Shown: positions 35,049-45,300, counted from the first letter of the stretch. The stretch is DNA of 64,000 nt from Pirellulales bacterium (GCA_036499395.1 DASYDW010000020.1:8610-72609); one strand, 5' to 3'. Program-made: numbers and translations. Notes: generated from the letters alone by a model not told the origin.

Positions 35049-35061
35049 TTCGCAATGCGAA
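35049..35061. promoter_or_regulatory. Related palindrome site E with inverted half-site order: TTCGCA-A-TGCGAA
   Basis: Read directly. About 180-200 nt upstream of the PAS kinase gene. Confidence 0.35.
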
Positions 35062-35240
35062 CAGTTTCGACCTTGCCCGTGGATTACTGGCTCGACGTTA
35101 GTGTGGCCCCCCGACGGCAGCCATAGCGTCCGAGATTTGCCGCACGAGCCATGACACACGTCGACCGTAGTTTTTCCAAAGCTCGACCGTGAGCGACATC
35201 CGCAACGGCGCAGTACGGATCAAGAGGCAACAACGGGGAT

Positions 35241-36863
35241 GTGGGCTGCGTCCCGGGAATGCAAATGTCGAAGAGCCAGTCATTGACACCATTGCTCGGC
35301 GCCTTACGAACGGACCAGCCTGAGAGAGATGGAATACCGTCGCCTTGGTCGCAGGGATCTCCCGAGCGTGCATCCGCGTACGAGGCCGCGTTCGAACATG
35401 CCGCCATTGGCATGGCACTGGTCGGGCTGAATGGAAAGTTGCTGAGTGCGAATCGCGCGCTTTGCCAGATCCTCGGTTACCAACGGGACGAATTGGTGTC
35501 CCTACGCTTCGACGCTAACTTGCATCCTCAAGATATTCCCTTTGATTTTGGCCTGATCAGCGAATTGCTCGCCGGCAAACGCGAGCACTTCCATATCGAA
35601 AAGCGATACGTGCATAAGCAGGGACACGCGCTATGGATCTTGCTGAGCGTGTCACTGGTCTATGATGACGCGCAGCAGCCTTGCTACTTCATCGCGCAGT
35701 TGCAGGACATAACCGATCGCCGGCGTGCCGAAGCGACGTTCCATGCCCTGCTGGAGTCGGCTCCTGACGCGATGATTATCGCGAATCGGCAGGGCAGAAT
35801 TGTACTCGTGAATGCACAGGCGCAGGCTTACTTTGGCTACCACGCCGACGAAATGCTAGGTCAGCCAGTCGAGATGCTGCTACCCGAGCGCTTTCGAGGC
35901 GAACATCCGGCACATCGCGACCGTTATTTCGCCAGCCCCCGCGTGCGCGGCATGGGCGTGGGAACGAAGCTGTACGCGCGGCGTAAGGACGGCGGCGAAG
36001 TTCCCGTCGAGATTAGTCTCAGCCTGATCGAGGTCGATGAGGTACCACATGTCTGCTGTGCGATTCGCGACTTGACGCAATGGAACCATGCCGATGAAAC
36101 GCATCGACGGCTTACGGCGGTCGAGCACCTGGCAAGTCATCGTAATGAACTAGCGCAGATGCTGCGACTGAACACCATGTCCGAGATGGCCGCGGGCATT
36201 GCCCACGAATTGAATCAGCCATTATCCGCGATAGCCAATTACGCCCGGGGTGCAGCGCGAAGAATGAACCGCGGCGTGGCCAAAACGGACGAGTTGATGC
36301 CCGTCATCGATTCCATTGCCGAAGAAGCGGTGCGCGCCTCGGAGATTATTCGCAGCGTCAAGCGATTCGTCAGAAAGCAAGAACCGAAACGGGTGCCTGT
36401 CGACGTCAACGAAGTCGTCGAGAGCGCGCTACGAATCATCGCCGGCCAGGCACATGAACGTGGGGTGGAAGTCGTCTTTGATGGCTCCGGACATCGGCTG
36501 CAGGTCATGGGAGACGCGATACAGATCGAACAGGTAATGGTTAACTTGCTGACTAACGCCCTCGACGCCCTGGACGACGTGACGCACGCCAAACTACTGC
36601 TGATCGAGGCCAACAGGACGGAGAAAGGGCAGGTCGAAGTGCGGGTCATCGACAATGGTTGCGGTCTGCCCACCCTGGATGGCGTGGATGTCTTCGAGGC
36701 TTTCATGACCACGAAGATCGACGGCTTGGGAATGGGGCTGGCCATCAGTCGCTCGCTGATCGAAGCCCACGGCGGCCAGCTCACCGCCGAGACGAACGAG
36801 TGCGGTGGGGCCACATTCCGATTTCAATTGTCTTGTGAAGATGGTGGCAAACATGACGACTGA
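35241..36863 (+). CDS. Cytoplasmic PAS-PAS sensor histidine kinase (FixL-like architecture)
   Basis: 540 aa with no TM helix. Two PAS-like segments: FEHAAIGMALVGLNGKLLSANRA and LLESAPDAMIIANRQGRIVLVNAQA. H-box AGIAHELNQPLSAIANY. ATPase N/G boxes: LLTNALDAL, IDNGCGLP, GLGMGLAISRSLIEAHGG. Confidence 0.85.
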   Translation: MGCVPGMQMSKSQSLTPLLGALRTDQPERDGIPSPWSQGSPERASAYEAAFEHAAIGMALVGLNGKLLSANRALCQILGYQRDELVSLRFDANLHPQDIPFDFGLISELLAGKREHFHIEKRYVHKQGHALWILLSVSLVYDDAQQPCYFIAQLQDITDRRRAEATFHALLESAPDAMIIANRQGRIVLVNAQAQAYFGYHADEMLGQPVEMLLPERFRGEHPAHRDRYFASPRVRGMGVGTKLYARRKDGGEVPVEISLSLIEVDEVPHVCCAIRDLTQWNHADETHRRLTAVEHLASHRNELAQMLRLNTMSEMAAGIAHELNQPLSAIANYARGAARRMNRGVAKTDELMPVIDSIAEEAVRASEIIRSVKRFVRKQEPKRVPVDVNEVVESALRIIAGQAHERGVEVVFDGSGHRLQVMGDAIQIEQVMVNLLTNALDALDDVTHAKLLLIEANRTEKGQVEVRVIDNGCGLPTLDGVDVFEAFMTTKIDGLGMGLAISRSLIEAHGGQLTAETNECGGATFRFQLSCEDGGKHDD

Positions 36864-37473
36864 CGCGGTCGTTTATCTCGTGGACGACGACCCCGCCGTC
36901 CTCAAGTCGTTGCATTGGTTGGTCGAGTCGGCCAGCCTCGCTGCCAAACCTCTGAACTCGGCCGCTTCGTTTTTGGAAGCGTACGATCCACGGCGACCAG
37001 GCTGCCTGATCCTCGACGTGCGCATGCCGCAGATGACCGGTTTGCAATTGCAGAGCCTCTTAAAGGAGCGCAACATCGAATTGCCGATCATTATCATGAC
37101 CGGCCACTCGGACGTGCCGACCTGCACCGAGTCCTTCCGCAATGGAGCCTTCGACTTCATCGAGAAGCCAGCCGACGACGAATTCCTGATCGCCCGCGTC
37201 CAGCAGGCCATTGCCACCGACATTGAGCGCCGTCAACAAGAGGTGCATAGGACGGAAATCAGCAAACGATTGGCGACCCTCACCCCGCGCGAGCGGGAAG
37301 TCATGGATGCGATTGTCAGCGGAAAATCGCAGAAGCGTATCGCCTCGGAACTGGGAATCAGTTTTCAAACGGCCGCCAAGCATCGGGCCAAGGTGCTGAC
37401 GAAGCTGCAGGTTGGCAACGACGTAGAGGTCGTCCGAGCGCTGCTCGTCAACGAGACGAACTCCGCAACCTGA
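36853..37473 (+). CDS. FixJ/NarL-family response regulator (REC + LuxR-type HTH)
   Basis: MTTDAVVYLVDDDPAV...CLILDVRMPQMTG...IIIMTGHSD...LTPREREVMDAIVSGKSQKRIASELGISFQTAAKHRAKVLTKL. Overlaps the kinase 3' end. In-frame alternatives lie at 36841 and 36805. Confidence 0.85.
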   Translation: MTTDAVVYLVDDDPAVLKSLHWLVESASLAAKPLNSAASFLEAYDPRRPGCLILDVRMPQMTGLQLQSLLKERNIELPIIIMTGHSDVPTCTESFRNGAFDFIEKPADDEFLIARVQQAIATDIERRQQEVHRTEISKRLATLTPREREVMDAIVSGKSQKRIASELGISFQTAAKHRAKVLTKLQVGNDVEVVRALLVNETNSAT

Positions 37474-37763
37474 TTCAACTTCCATAGCGGCATGTCCGGG
37501 GAAGGAGCTCTCTCCTTGCCGCAGCGAAATTGCCGCCTATCTGGGGGAAACCCCGCCCCGCGATCCCGAGCGGATCGAAAAGACATTTTCCAAGGGGTCT
37601 TAAGCTTACTCAGCTAGCACTCGAAGTATAGTAAAGTTGCGGACCGACAGCGGGGGCACCACTTCCCGGTCGGCGCTGAGGCAATTTACCTCCTAATCAC
37701 CTGACGTTACGCGAACTGCCATGTTTCGTTGTTGTTGTAGCCCAGAAGTAGTCAACGCCTGCG

Positions 37764-39305
37764 TTGGTCATTTCCTCGGCTACCACGGTTACAACACACA
37801 TGCACCCGCGTATCTTGTTCTCTTTGCTGGTGATTCCAGCAATCGGTCAGCAGTCGGCAAGCGTTTTCGCGGCTGAATCCGTTTCTGGTCGCGCGGCGAA
37901 CGCCGCGCAAGTCGCTGAATCTCTTCAGCAATTGATCTCTGAAAACAATTTTCCGAAGTTGGACTCCGATACCGCGCTGCGCAATGCGGCACGACAGGCG
38001 TATCTTTGGGCGTGGCCCATGGTCTACGTGCGGAATTGCCACGCTGCACTATCGTGGCTGCGGACCAGCGGCATAAGCGGTGGCGCGCCCGTCGCGCCCC
38101 CGAATCGCCTCTGCATGCTGACGGATCGAGTGAAGTCCAGCATGACAGCGGTCGCCTGCCCGAATCCCGATGTGATCTATGGATTTGGGATATTGGACCT
38201 GCAAGAGGACCCTGTGATTCTGCAGGTTCCGGATTTCGGCGAGCGATTTTGGTTGTTTCAACTCGGCGACCAGCGCACCGACGGTTTTGCCCAGGTCGGC
38301 AAGATGTACGGAACCAAGCCCGGCTTTTACTTGATCGCCGGCCCCGATTGGCAAGGAGTCGCGCCGCCGAGTGTGACCGGAGTGCTGCGCTGCCCCACGA
38401 AAATCGGTTATGTGCTGCCGAGAGTTTTGCTTTCGGACGAATCCTCGAAGACGGATTCGCTGGACAAGACGCTCGGGCAGATCCAGATCTATCCTCTGAG
38501 CCAGTTTCGTGGCCGACTCGAATCGTGCGATTGGTCACGAAAGCGTTGGTTACCGAGCCTGTCCGGTGGCAAGCCGCGCGGTCGCGTCGTGCCGAAGAAC
38601 TTCTTCGAAGTCCTTCCCGAGGTGCTGGCAACAGTTCCTCCGCTGCCCGGCGAGGAATCACTCTATGCGTATTTCGGCGAGTTAATCGAGCGCGCCGCAG
38701 GCGATGAGCGGGTCCGACAGTTGCTAACCGACACGGCCGTGGTCGCGGAACAGGAGCTGATCGAGCCGTTGTTCGAATTTCGACGGCTTGGTCAACCGGC
38801 GAAGCACAATTGGACCACCACGGTCAACGGCGCCACGTTCGGCGCGGACTATCTGACGCGCGCCGCCGTCGCTAAGTCGAATATCTTCGTGAATCAGCCC
38901 ACGGAGACGAAGTATTTTTATCAGGATCTGGATTCCGAAGGGCAACGGCTAAGCGGAGACAATAGCTATCGGATCACGTTCCCGGCCGGGCAACTCCCCC
39001 CTACCAAAGGCCACTGGTCGCTCACACTCTACAACGAAAACCACACCTTGCATCCCAACATCTTGAACCGGCATTCGGTCGGGGTTGCAACACCGCAGAT
39101 TCAGTCAGAGCCCGATGGCTCGGTCACGATCCTGGTGCAGCAGAACGCGCCGCCCGACCAGTGGCAGGATAACTGGCTGCCCGCACCGGCGGGGAAGTTC
39201 TCGCTCTATTTGCGGGTCTATTGGCCGGAAGACGAAGTGGTCACCGGCCAGTGGTCTCCGCCCGAGGTCGTGAACACTGCGCCGGTGCAATACGCGGTGC
39301 GATAG
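37764..39305 (+). CDS. Secreted DUF1254/DUF1214 domain protein
   Basis: 513 aa. AYLWAWPMVY, DPVILQVPDFGERFWLFQLGD, KGHWSLTLYNE, NWLPAPAGKFSLYLRVYWP. Signal peptide begins at MHPRILFSLLVIPAIG (ATG 37800). Confidence 0.8.
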   Translation: MVISSATTVTTHMHPRILFSLLVIPAIGQQSASVFAAESVSGRAANAAQVAESLQQLISENNFPKLDSDTALRNAARQAYLWAWPMVYVRNCHAALSWLRTSGISGGAPVAPPNRLCMLTDRVKSSMTAVACPNPDVIYGFGILDLQEDPVILQVPDFGERFWLFQLGDQRTDGFAQVGKMYGTKPGFYLIAGPDWQGVAPPSVTGVLRCPTKIGYVLPRVLLSDESSKTDSLDKTLGQIQIYPLSQFRGRLESCDWSRKRWLPSLSGGKPRGRVVPKNFFEVLPEVLATVPPLPGEESLYAYFGELIERAAGDERVRQLLTDTAVVAEQELIEPLFEFRRLGQPAKHNWTTTVNGATFGADYLTRAAVAKSNIFVNQPTETKYFYQDLDSEGQRLSGDNSYRITFPAGQLPPTKGHWSLTLYNENHTLHPNILNRHSVGVATPQIQSEPDGSVTILVQQNAPPDQWQDNWLPAPAGKFSLYLRVYWPEDEVVTGQWSPPEVVNTAPVQYAVR

Positions 39306-39384
39306 GTGAGGGAAGGCTGCAGGTCATAGGTTCTGCTAAAGTCGATTAAATATCGCTCAAGCCGCGTCATCGAGTAACGCCAAA

Positions 39385-41739
39385 TTGGAGCATTCCCCGC
39401 GGCACGCGGCGAACTTGAACTGTCTTCCGAATAGGGAAGGTGCTGATTTGCGACGATACTTGTGCCCACTGTTGTTTGCCGTCCTGGTTTGCGGCCAATT
39501 GTTTGTTGTGATGCCGGCCAGCTCGGTTGTCGGCCAATTAGCCGAAGCAGAGCAAACAGCTGCGGATTTCTTTGTCGCCGCGGATGGCTCTGACCAATGG
39601 TCGGGCAAGTTGAACGCTCCCAATCCGGACCGCAGCGATGGCCCCTTCGCCACGCTCGTCAGGGCACGCGACGCTGTGCGAGCCTTAAAACAACTAGGCG
39701 ATAACAAGCAGATCCGAGTGCTGGTCCGTGGCGGCGTCTATCGTTTGGATAGCACCATCGTCTTTTCACTCGACGATTCGGCGCCGGCCGACGGCACAAT
39801 CACTTATGCGGCCTATGGGGACGAGACGCCAACTTTCACGTCGGGCGTTCCGATTGTCGGCTGGCACAAGCCAGAACGGCGGTCGCCGCTGCTGCCCCCG
39901 GTCGCTCGTGACGCCGTTTGGATTGCCGACGTTCCGGCACCGTTGTCGAACGTACTCACAATGTACGACGGGCAAAAGCGTCTTCGCCGAGCGTCGTCGA
40001 AACCTTTTGCGCCGGTCGCGTACGTGCCGCCGAACACGCCACCGAATCGATTCGCATTTCCCGCGGGGGCTATGAAGAAATGGCCCGACCTCAAGAATGC
40101 GGACCTTCGTATCATTCCCTCCTGTGATTATGAAATGTGCCTGCTTCCGCTGGCCGCAGTGGATGAAACGGCCGCCATAGCCACGACCGCGGTTCCGGCG
40201 TCGCGACCGATGGGGAGGGTAAAGTTCATGGACGAAACAGCCTGGGTCGAGAACGTCCTCGAGGTGCTGGACGAGCCCGGTGAATGGGTCATTGATGCAA
40301 CCGATCGGAAACTGTATCTCTGGCCTGTCGATGGAACGCCGTCCGAGGCAATCATCGCTCCCCTGCTCACCGAGTTGCTGCGAGTCGAAGGCGAAATTGA
40401 CTACGAAGGCCCTGCCGATAAGCCCGTCACCGGCCTCGTTTTCCAAGGCCTGACATTCACCGGTGCCGAGCGTTTGCCTTGGCATGGCGACACCAAGGGA
40501 GGGCTGCAGCACAAGTGGGAGCATTTTGATGCGCCGAGCGCCCTGCTGCGTCTGCGCGGCGCTCAACAATGTACCGTTCAGAGGTGCCGGTTCGTCGACA
40601 CCGGTGGAACCGGCCTGCGGCTGGATCTCACCTGCCAGGACAATCGTGTGATTGACAACGAGGTCGCCCATACCGGCGGGGTCGGAATCCTCGTCGCCGG
40701 TTACGGCCCGGGCACGAAGGATGTAAATCATCACAACGACGTGTCAAACAACTGGGTGCATCACATCGGTGAAATATACTGGGCCTCGCCGGCCATCATG
40801 GTGTGGCAAAGCGGCGAAAACCGGGTCACGCACAATCTGATTCACAACACGCCATACTCGGGCATCACGGTCAGCGGCCGGACCGGCTGGCCTGCTGAGT
40901 CGGACGCCACATTCCGCGCGCATGAAGTCGACCTGCCGGCTTACGACAGCTTGCCCAGCGCCGGCACTGGTTCGAATGCCGTCCACCGCGAGTGGTGGCA
41001 GGCCCGAGAGAAATACATGCACGGCCGCAAAAATCTCGTGGCCTGGAACGATATCCACGACGTGATGGAAACCATGGGGGACGGCAACGGGATTTATATC
41101 TCCGGCACCGGCAAAGAGAACCACATCTACCAGAATTATGTTCACCATCTTGACGGAGACGGCGTGGCCTCGGGCATCCGCTGCGACAACGACCAGTACG
41201 AGACGATCGTCGACGGCAACGTGTTGTACAAAGTCCGCAGCGCTCAGTCAGGCATTTCGACGACCGAGACGAATCACATCATCAACAACATCATCGTCGA
41301 TGTGATCCCCAGCCGCCGGCCAATCACAAAGCCGAACATCGTCCACGGGTATATTTCGATTCCAGACCCAACCTGGCCGATCGAGGGAGCTCGGATCAGT
41401 CGCAACATCATTTGGTCGCCGCGCGCGGATTATTGGCCGATCGTCGAGCATCGCAGTCTTTCCACGGGCGCCGGCGACCGTCTGAAGAACACCAGCACCG
41501 ATTACAACTTGTACTGGTGCCCTGCCGATCCTCAGTGGGGGCAAAGGCATATCGACGAACAACGCCCGAGCGGTGCCGAGCTTCACAGCTTGTCGGCGGA
41601 TCCGCTGTTTGTGGACGTCGATCACGGCGATCTACGTTTGCGGCCCGAATCGCCAGCGCGACAACTCGGCATTCCGATCTGGGACATCTCCACGGCTGGC
41701 TTGCTAAAAAGTCATCCGTATCGTCGCGCAGCCCCGTGA
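39385..41739 (+). CDS. Secreted right-handed parallel beta-helix repeat protein (pectate-lyase-fold)
   Basis: 784 aa. Signal-like RRYLCPLLFAVLVCGQLFVV. FFVAADGSDQWSGK...GPFATLVRARDAV entry motif, then repeated NxxIHxxxxxGI-type turns (NNWVHHIG, HNLIHNTPYSGITVSG, NGIYISG). Start codon uncertain (TTG 39385). Confidence 0.7.
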   Translation: MEHSPRHAANLNCLPNREGADLRRYLCPLLFAVLVCGQLFVVMPASSVVGQLAEAEQTAADFFVAADGSDQWSGKLNAPNPDRSDGPFATLVRARDAVRALKQLGDNKQIRVLVRGGVYRLDSTIVFSLDDSAPADGTITYAAYGDETPTFTSGVPIVGWHKPERRSPLLPPVARDAVWIADVPAPLSNVLTMYDGQKRLRRASSKPFAPVAYVPPNTPPNRFAFPAGAMKKWPDLKNADLRIIPSCDYEMCLLPLAAVDETAAIATTAVPASRPMGRVKFMDETAWVENVLEVLDEPGEWVIDATDRKLYLWPVDGTPSEAIIAPLLTELLRVEGEIDYEGPADKPVTGLVFQGLTFTGAERLPWHGDTKGGLQHKWEHFDAPSALLRLRGAQQCTVQRCRFVDTGGTGLRLDLTCQDNRVIDNEVAHTGGVGILVAGYGPGTKDVNHHNDVSNNWVHHIGEIYWASPAIMVWQSGENRVTHNLIHNTPYSGITVSGRTGWPAESDATFRAHEVDLPAYDSLPSAGTGSNAVHREWWQAREKYMHGRKNLVAWNDIHDVMETMGDGNGIYISGTGKENHIYQNYVHHLDGDGVASGIRCDNDQYETIVDGNVLYKVRSAQSGISTTETNHIINNIIVDVIPSRRPITKPNIVHGYISIPDPTWPIEGARISRNIIWSPRADYWPIVEHRSLSTGAGDRLKNTSTDYNLYWCPADPQWGQRHIDEQRPSGAELHSLSADPLFVDVDHGDLRLRPESPARQLGIPIWDISTAGLLKSHPYRRAAP

Positions 41740-41921
41740 TTGCGTGCCAGGTAACCCGGCGCGATTCACATTAAGTTCTGGCAATAAACGCCCGAACCAT
41801 GATCCGGTCGCCTGCTACTTCGGCTAGATAATGCGTCTCTGTAGCAGTGGCAGCGTCGCGTGTTGAGACGCCGCGAAACTTTCTAAGAATTTTCCTTGCA
41901 GGCTATCATCTTATTTGGTAA

Positions 41922-41937
41922 ATCTAGTCTACTAGAT
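41922..41937. promoter_or_regulatory. Candidate BlaI-type operator: perfect palindrome ATCTAGT-CT-ACTAGAT
   Basis: Read directly. 35 nt upstream of the repressor ATG (41973), which is preceded by AGGAGG. Confidence 0.45.
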
Positions 41938-41972
41938 GATGTAGCGGCGAGGGTATTTCAGGAGGGATTCTC

Positions 41973-42344
41973 ATGACTGTCAGGCTCGGGCGCGTGCAAT
42001 TGCGCATTATGCAGGTGCTCTGGAACCAGAGCCGTGCGACGGCGAAGGAAATTACCGACACCCTCAACGTCGATGAGCCAATCGCTCATAGCACGGTGCA
42101 GACGCTGCTGCGCGGTTTAGAGGTCAAGCAGGCCGTCGGCCATGACGTCGAGGGGCGAACCTTCATCTTCTTTCCTCTGGTGCGCGAAGGTCAGGTCGCC
42201 CGCAGTGTCACGCGCGAGTTGGTCGATCGCGTCTTCGGCGGCAGCGTCAGCGAAACGGTCGCCTATCTGCTTAAAAACGAAAAAGTTTCGCCTGAGGAAT
42301 TGAAGGAAATTCGTCGCCTGGTCAACGAACAGTCACGCAAATAA
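41973..42344 (+). CDS. BlaI/MecI/CopY-family winged-helix transcriptional repressor
   Basis: 123 aa. LGRVQLRIMQVLWNQSRATAKEITDTL...AHSTVQTLLRGLEVKQAV...SPEELKEIRRLV. 11 nt upstream of the M56 protease gene. Confidence 0.85.
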   Translation: MTVRLGRVQLRIMQVLWNQSRATAKEITDTLNVDEPIAHSTVQTLLRGLEVKQAVGHDVEGRTFIFFPLVREGQVARSVTRELVDRVFGGSVSETVAYLLKNEKVSPEELKEIRRLVNEQSRK

Positions 42345-42355
42345 GGGTCGCTGCG

Positions 42356-45300
42356 ATGATGCTTGCGTCCATGTGGATCGAGCTGCTCGAATCGGCCGCC
42401 ACAATCTGCGAGCTGGCCGGGCATTGGTTCGTACAATCCACACTGCTGATCGGTGTCGGTTTGCTTGCCGGACGGTGTTTCGCTAATCGCGGCGCCGCAT
42501 TTACATCGGTCATTTACCGCACGGCTCTCGTCGCGGCCGTGCTTTGTCCCCTCGCAACATGGCTGCTGATGCAATTTGGCCTGACGCTGGGCATCGCTTC
42601 GCTGCCCGCCTTGCGTGTGGCATCGATCCAACAGGTGGCCGTCTACCACCAGGCGGATCCAGTAAGCGTCGCGCAGTCGCCGCCGATTGAGCCCGGCAAT
42701 CCGTCTGAAACCTGGCCCTCGACAGCGCCGGATTTAGCGGGCTTGTCACGTACCGAGGATGAATCGCCTGATACAGAACGTCGCCCGACGACGGAGCAAG
42801 CTCAATCCTTTGGACTTTCACCCGAAAGCTCGCCATCGCCCGCACCGGGATCGATGCTCGAACCAACTCCGGCTGCCGTCCCGCCTATCGACACGCGACC
42901 CGCGGCCGAATCGGCCGACATGATTGTCGAAATGGTGCCAACATTGGTCATTAACCCGTCGATGGCCACGATCGTCGCTTCGGTTGCGCTTGTATGGCTT
43001 TTCGGCGCATTCCATTTGCTACTACGTCTGACTGCTGCCCACGTCGCCTTGTTGCGACTGCGTCGAGCAGCAGTGCCGGCAATCGCCGAGCAACAGCAGC
43101 TCTGTTGGGAACTCGCTGAAAAGATGGGCGTCTGGCCACCTGCCGTGCTGACGAGCCCCTTCGTACCGGGGCCGTGCCTGGCCGGCGTGCTGCACTCTAC
43201 GATCCTGCTGCCGGACGAACTACCTGACGTTCCGCTGGCGACGGTCTTCGTTCACGAGCTTGCGCACTTGCGGCGGCGCGATTGTTTTTGGAATGTCGCG
43301 CGTCAGGCGGTGTCGGCACTGTTATTCTTTCAGCCGCTCGTCTGGCGATTGTCGCGACGCATGGAAACCACGGCCGAAGAAGTGTGCGACGACTATGTCG
43401 TCCAGCACGGCGCGGACCGGACTGCCTATGCAGATATCCTGGTGAGTTTGGCCGAGCGCGCGTGGCTGCCGGCGTCGTCCGCCGTGGTGCCGCTGGTGAC
43501 GTTTCGTTCACTGTTGGGGCGGCGCGTGGCGCGGATTCTCGACGGCACGCGGCGGCTGTCACTTTCGGTCAGCTTGACCGCATTGGCGTTGATCGTCGGC
43601 GGCGGGCTGGCGGCGACCGTGGGTACCGGAGCATTGGGGCCGGCAGGAAGAGGGACTTCGTCTGAATCCACGAATGCCGAAGAGAGCATTCCGGCCCCTG
43701 AGACCGACGCCGAATCCGCGACCGCGCCCCTTAACGATGAGAATGCAGACGAAAAGAGTGTCGCGTCCGGCACGCCTCCCACGGCAGTCGCCGCCGTGCC
43801 CGACGCAAACCTAGTGCTGCACTATCGGGGGCGGGTGTTGGATCCTGACGGCAAGCCGCTGGCCGGGGCGGCGGTCTTCTTCACGTTCGACGATTGGGGG
43901 CGGCAGCTCGATCGCACCTCACGACGTATGGCGGCAACTGGCGCCGACGGCTGGTTCGATTTCCAAACCCGCCGCAGCGACTTCGAGCCTAATGTCGCGA
44001 CAAGCTGGCTTGCGCCCGGAGTCGTGATCACGGCCGACGGCTTTGGTTGCGCTCAGGCGGCGTCCCTGGCCTTCGAAACCACGGGCGAAGCGCGCAAGCG
44101 AATGTCAGATGTTGCGCGACGTCGGGTCGACGAGCAATTAGTCGAGCATGATCCGATCGTGCGATTGGTGCGCGACGACGCACCACTGACCGGAAGGTTA
44201 GTCTCGACCGAAGGTAAGCCCCTTGTCGGCGCACGCGTCGTCGCGAGGCGCGTCTACTACAATACCGAGGGAATCCTGGATGCTTGGGAGACGGGTGTCC
44301 GCCAGCCCAAGGCCGACGCGGATGCGCAGTATCGCGCCGTCCCGCGTGGCGGCTTTCCCAATGATATGGTATCGATTTTGCCAGCGGCTATTACGGATCG
44401 CGACGGACGTTTTACTCTGCATGGCGTGGGTCGCGAACGCTTGGCGGATATCGAAATCACGGGAGATGCGTTGGAAGCCACTCCATTGCACGTGCGCACG
44501 CGCAACGGAGATGCAGTTACGCTGCCGTATCGATGGGCGGCCACGCCGCGCGCTTTAGAACCGCGACAGGTTTATTTAGGAAATGATTTCCTGCAGGTTA
44601 TTCCCTACGCGCAGCCCGTTTCAGGGCGCGTGATTGATGCGCAAACGCGAAAGCCGATGGCCCAGGTCCTGGTCAGCGGTGGCAAGTTTGACCTTCGCCC
44701 GGGCGGAATTCAACCGCGCATCACGACGCAGACCGACGACCAAGGGCGTTACACGTTGCACGGCCTGATCGTCGGGCAGGAAGAGGTTTTGCACGTCACG
44801 CCGCCGGGCGGCGAGCCGTATGTACCGATCGGAGCCCGCGTCACCACGGCGCTCCAAAAGCCGGCGACGTGTGATTTTGCACTGCGACGCGGTGTCTGGC
44901 TGCGCGGCAAAGTCACTGAGAAGCAGTCCGGGCAACCGCTGGAGGGGGTCCTGACTTATCGCGCGTTCGCGAACAACCTCAGTTTGTCGCTGTATCCCGG
45001 ATTCATCTGGCTGAGCTCTGAACACCGATGCCACCCTGACGAAGCCGGCAATTATCAACTCGCGATTCCGCCGGGGCCGGGCGTTATTTCGTTTATGGCG
45101 ACCGATTACAAGCGCTTCCGCCGCGGCGCGGGAGTCGAAACGATCACGCGTCCGCCGCGCATGAGTCCTGGCAACCCGCCGACCTATGCCGCCGTGCCGA
45201 GCCTTTTTATGCCGGAAGACTGCACGATTCTCGCGCAGGTAAATCCCGCCGACGACGCAAAGAGCGTCGACGTAAACCTTCTGCCCGAGGCCGGCGCCAC

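Noticed and set aside
34557-35159. 200-aa minus-strand ORF and the 68-aa + strand ORF (34618..34824) in the long spacer
   Set aside because: No motif, no convincing SD and odd composition. The 200-aa ORF overlaps palindromic sites D and E. Kept only as part of the long-spacer finding.
37502-37517. AAGGAG-CTCT-CTCCTT hairpin after the FixJ-type regulator gene
   Set aside because: A 6-bp stem with no U-tract cannot be distinguished from chance, so it is not reported as a terminator.
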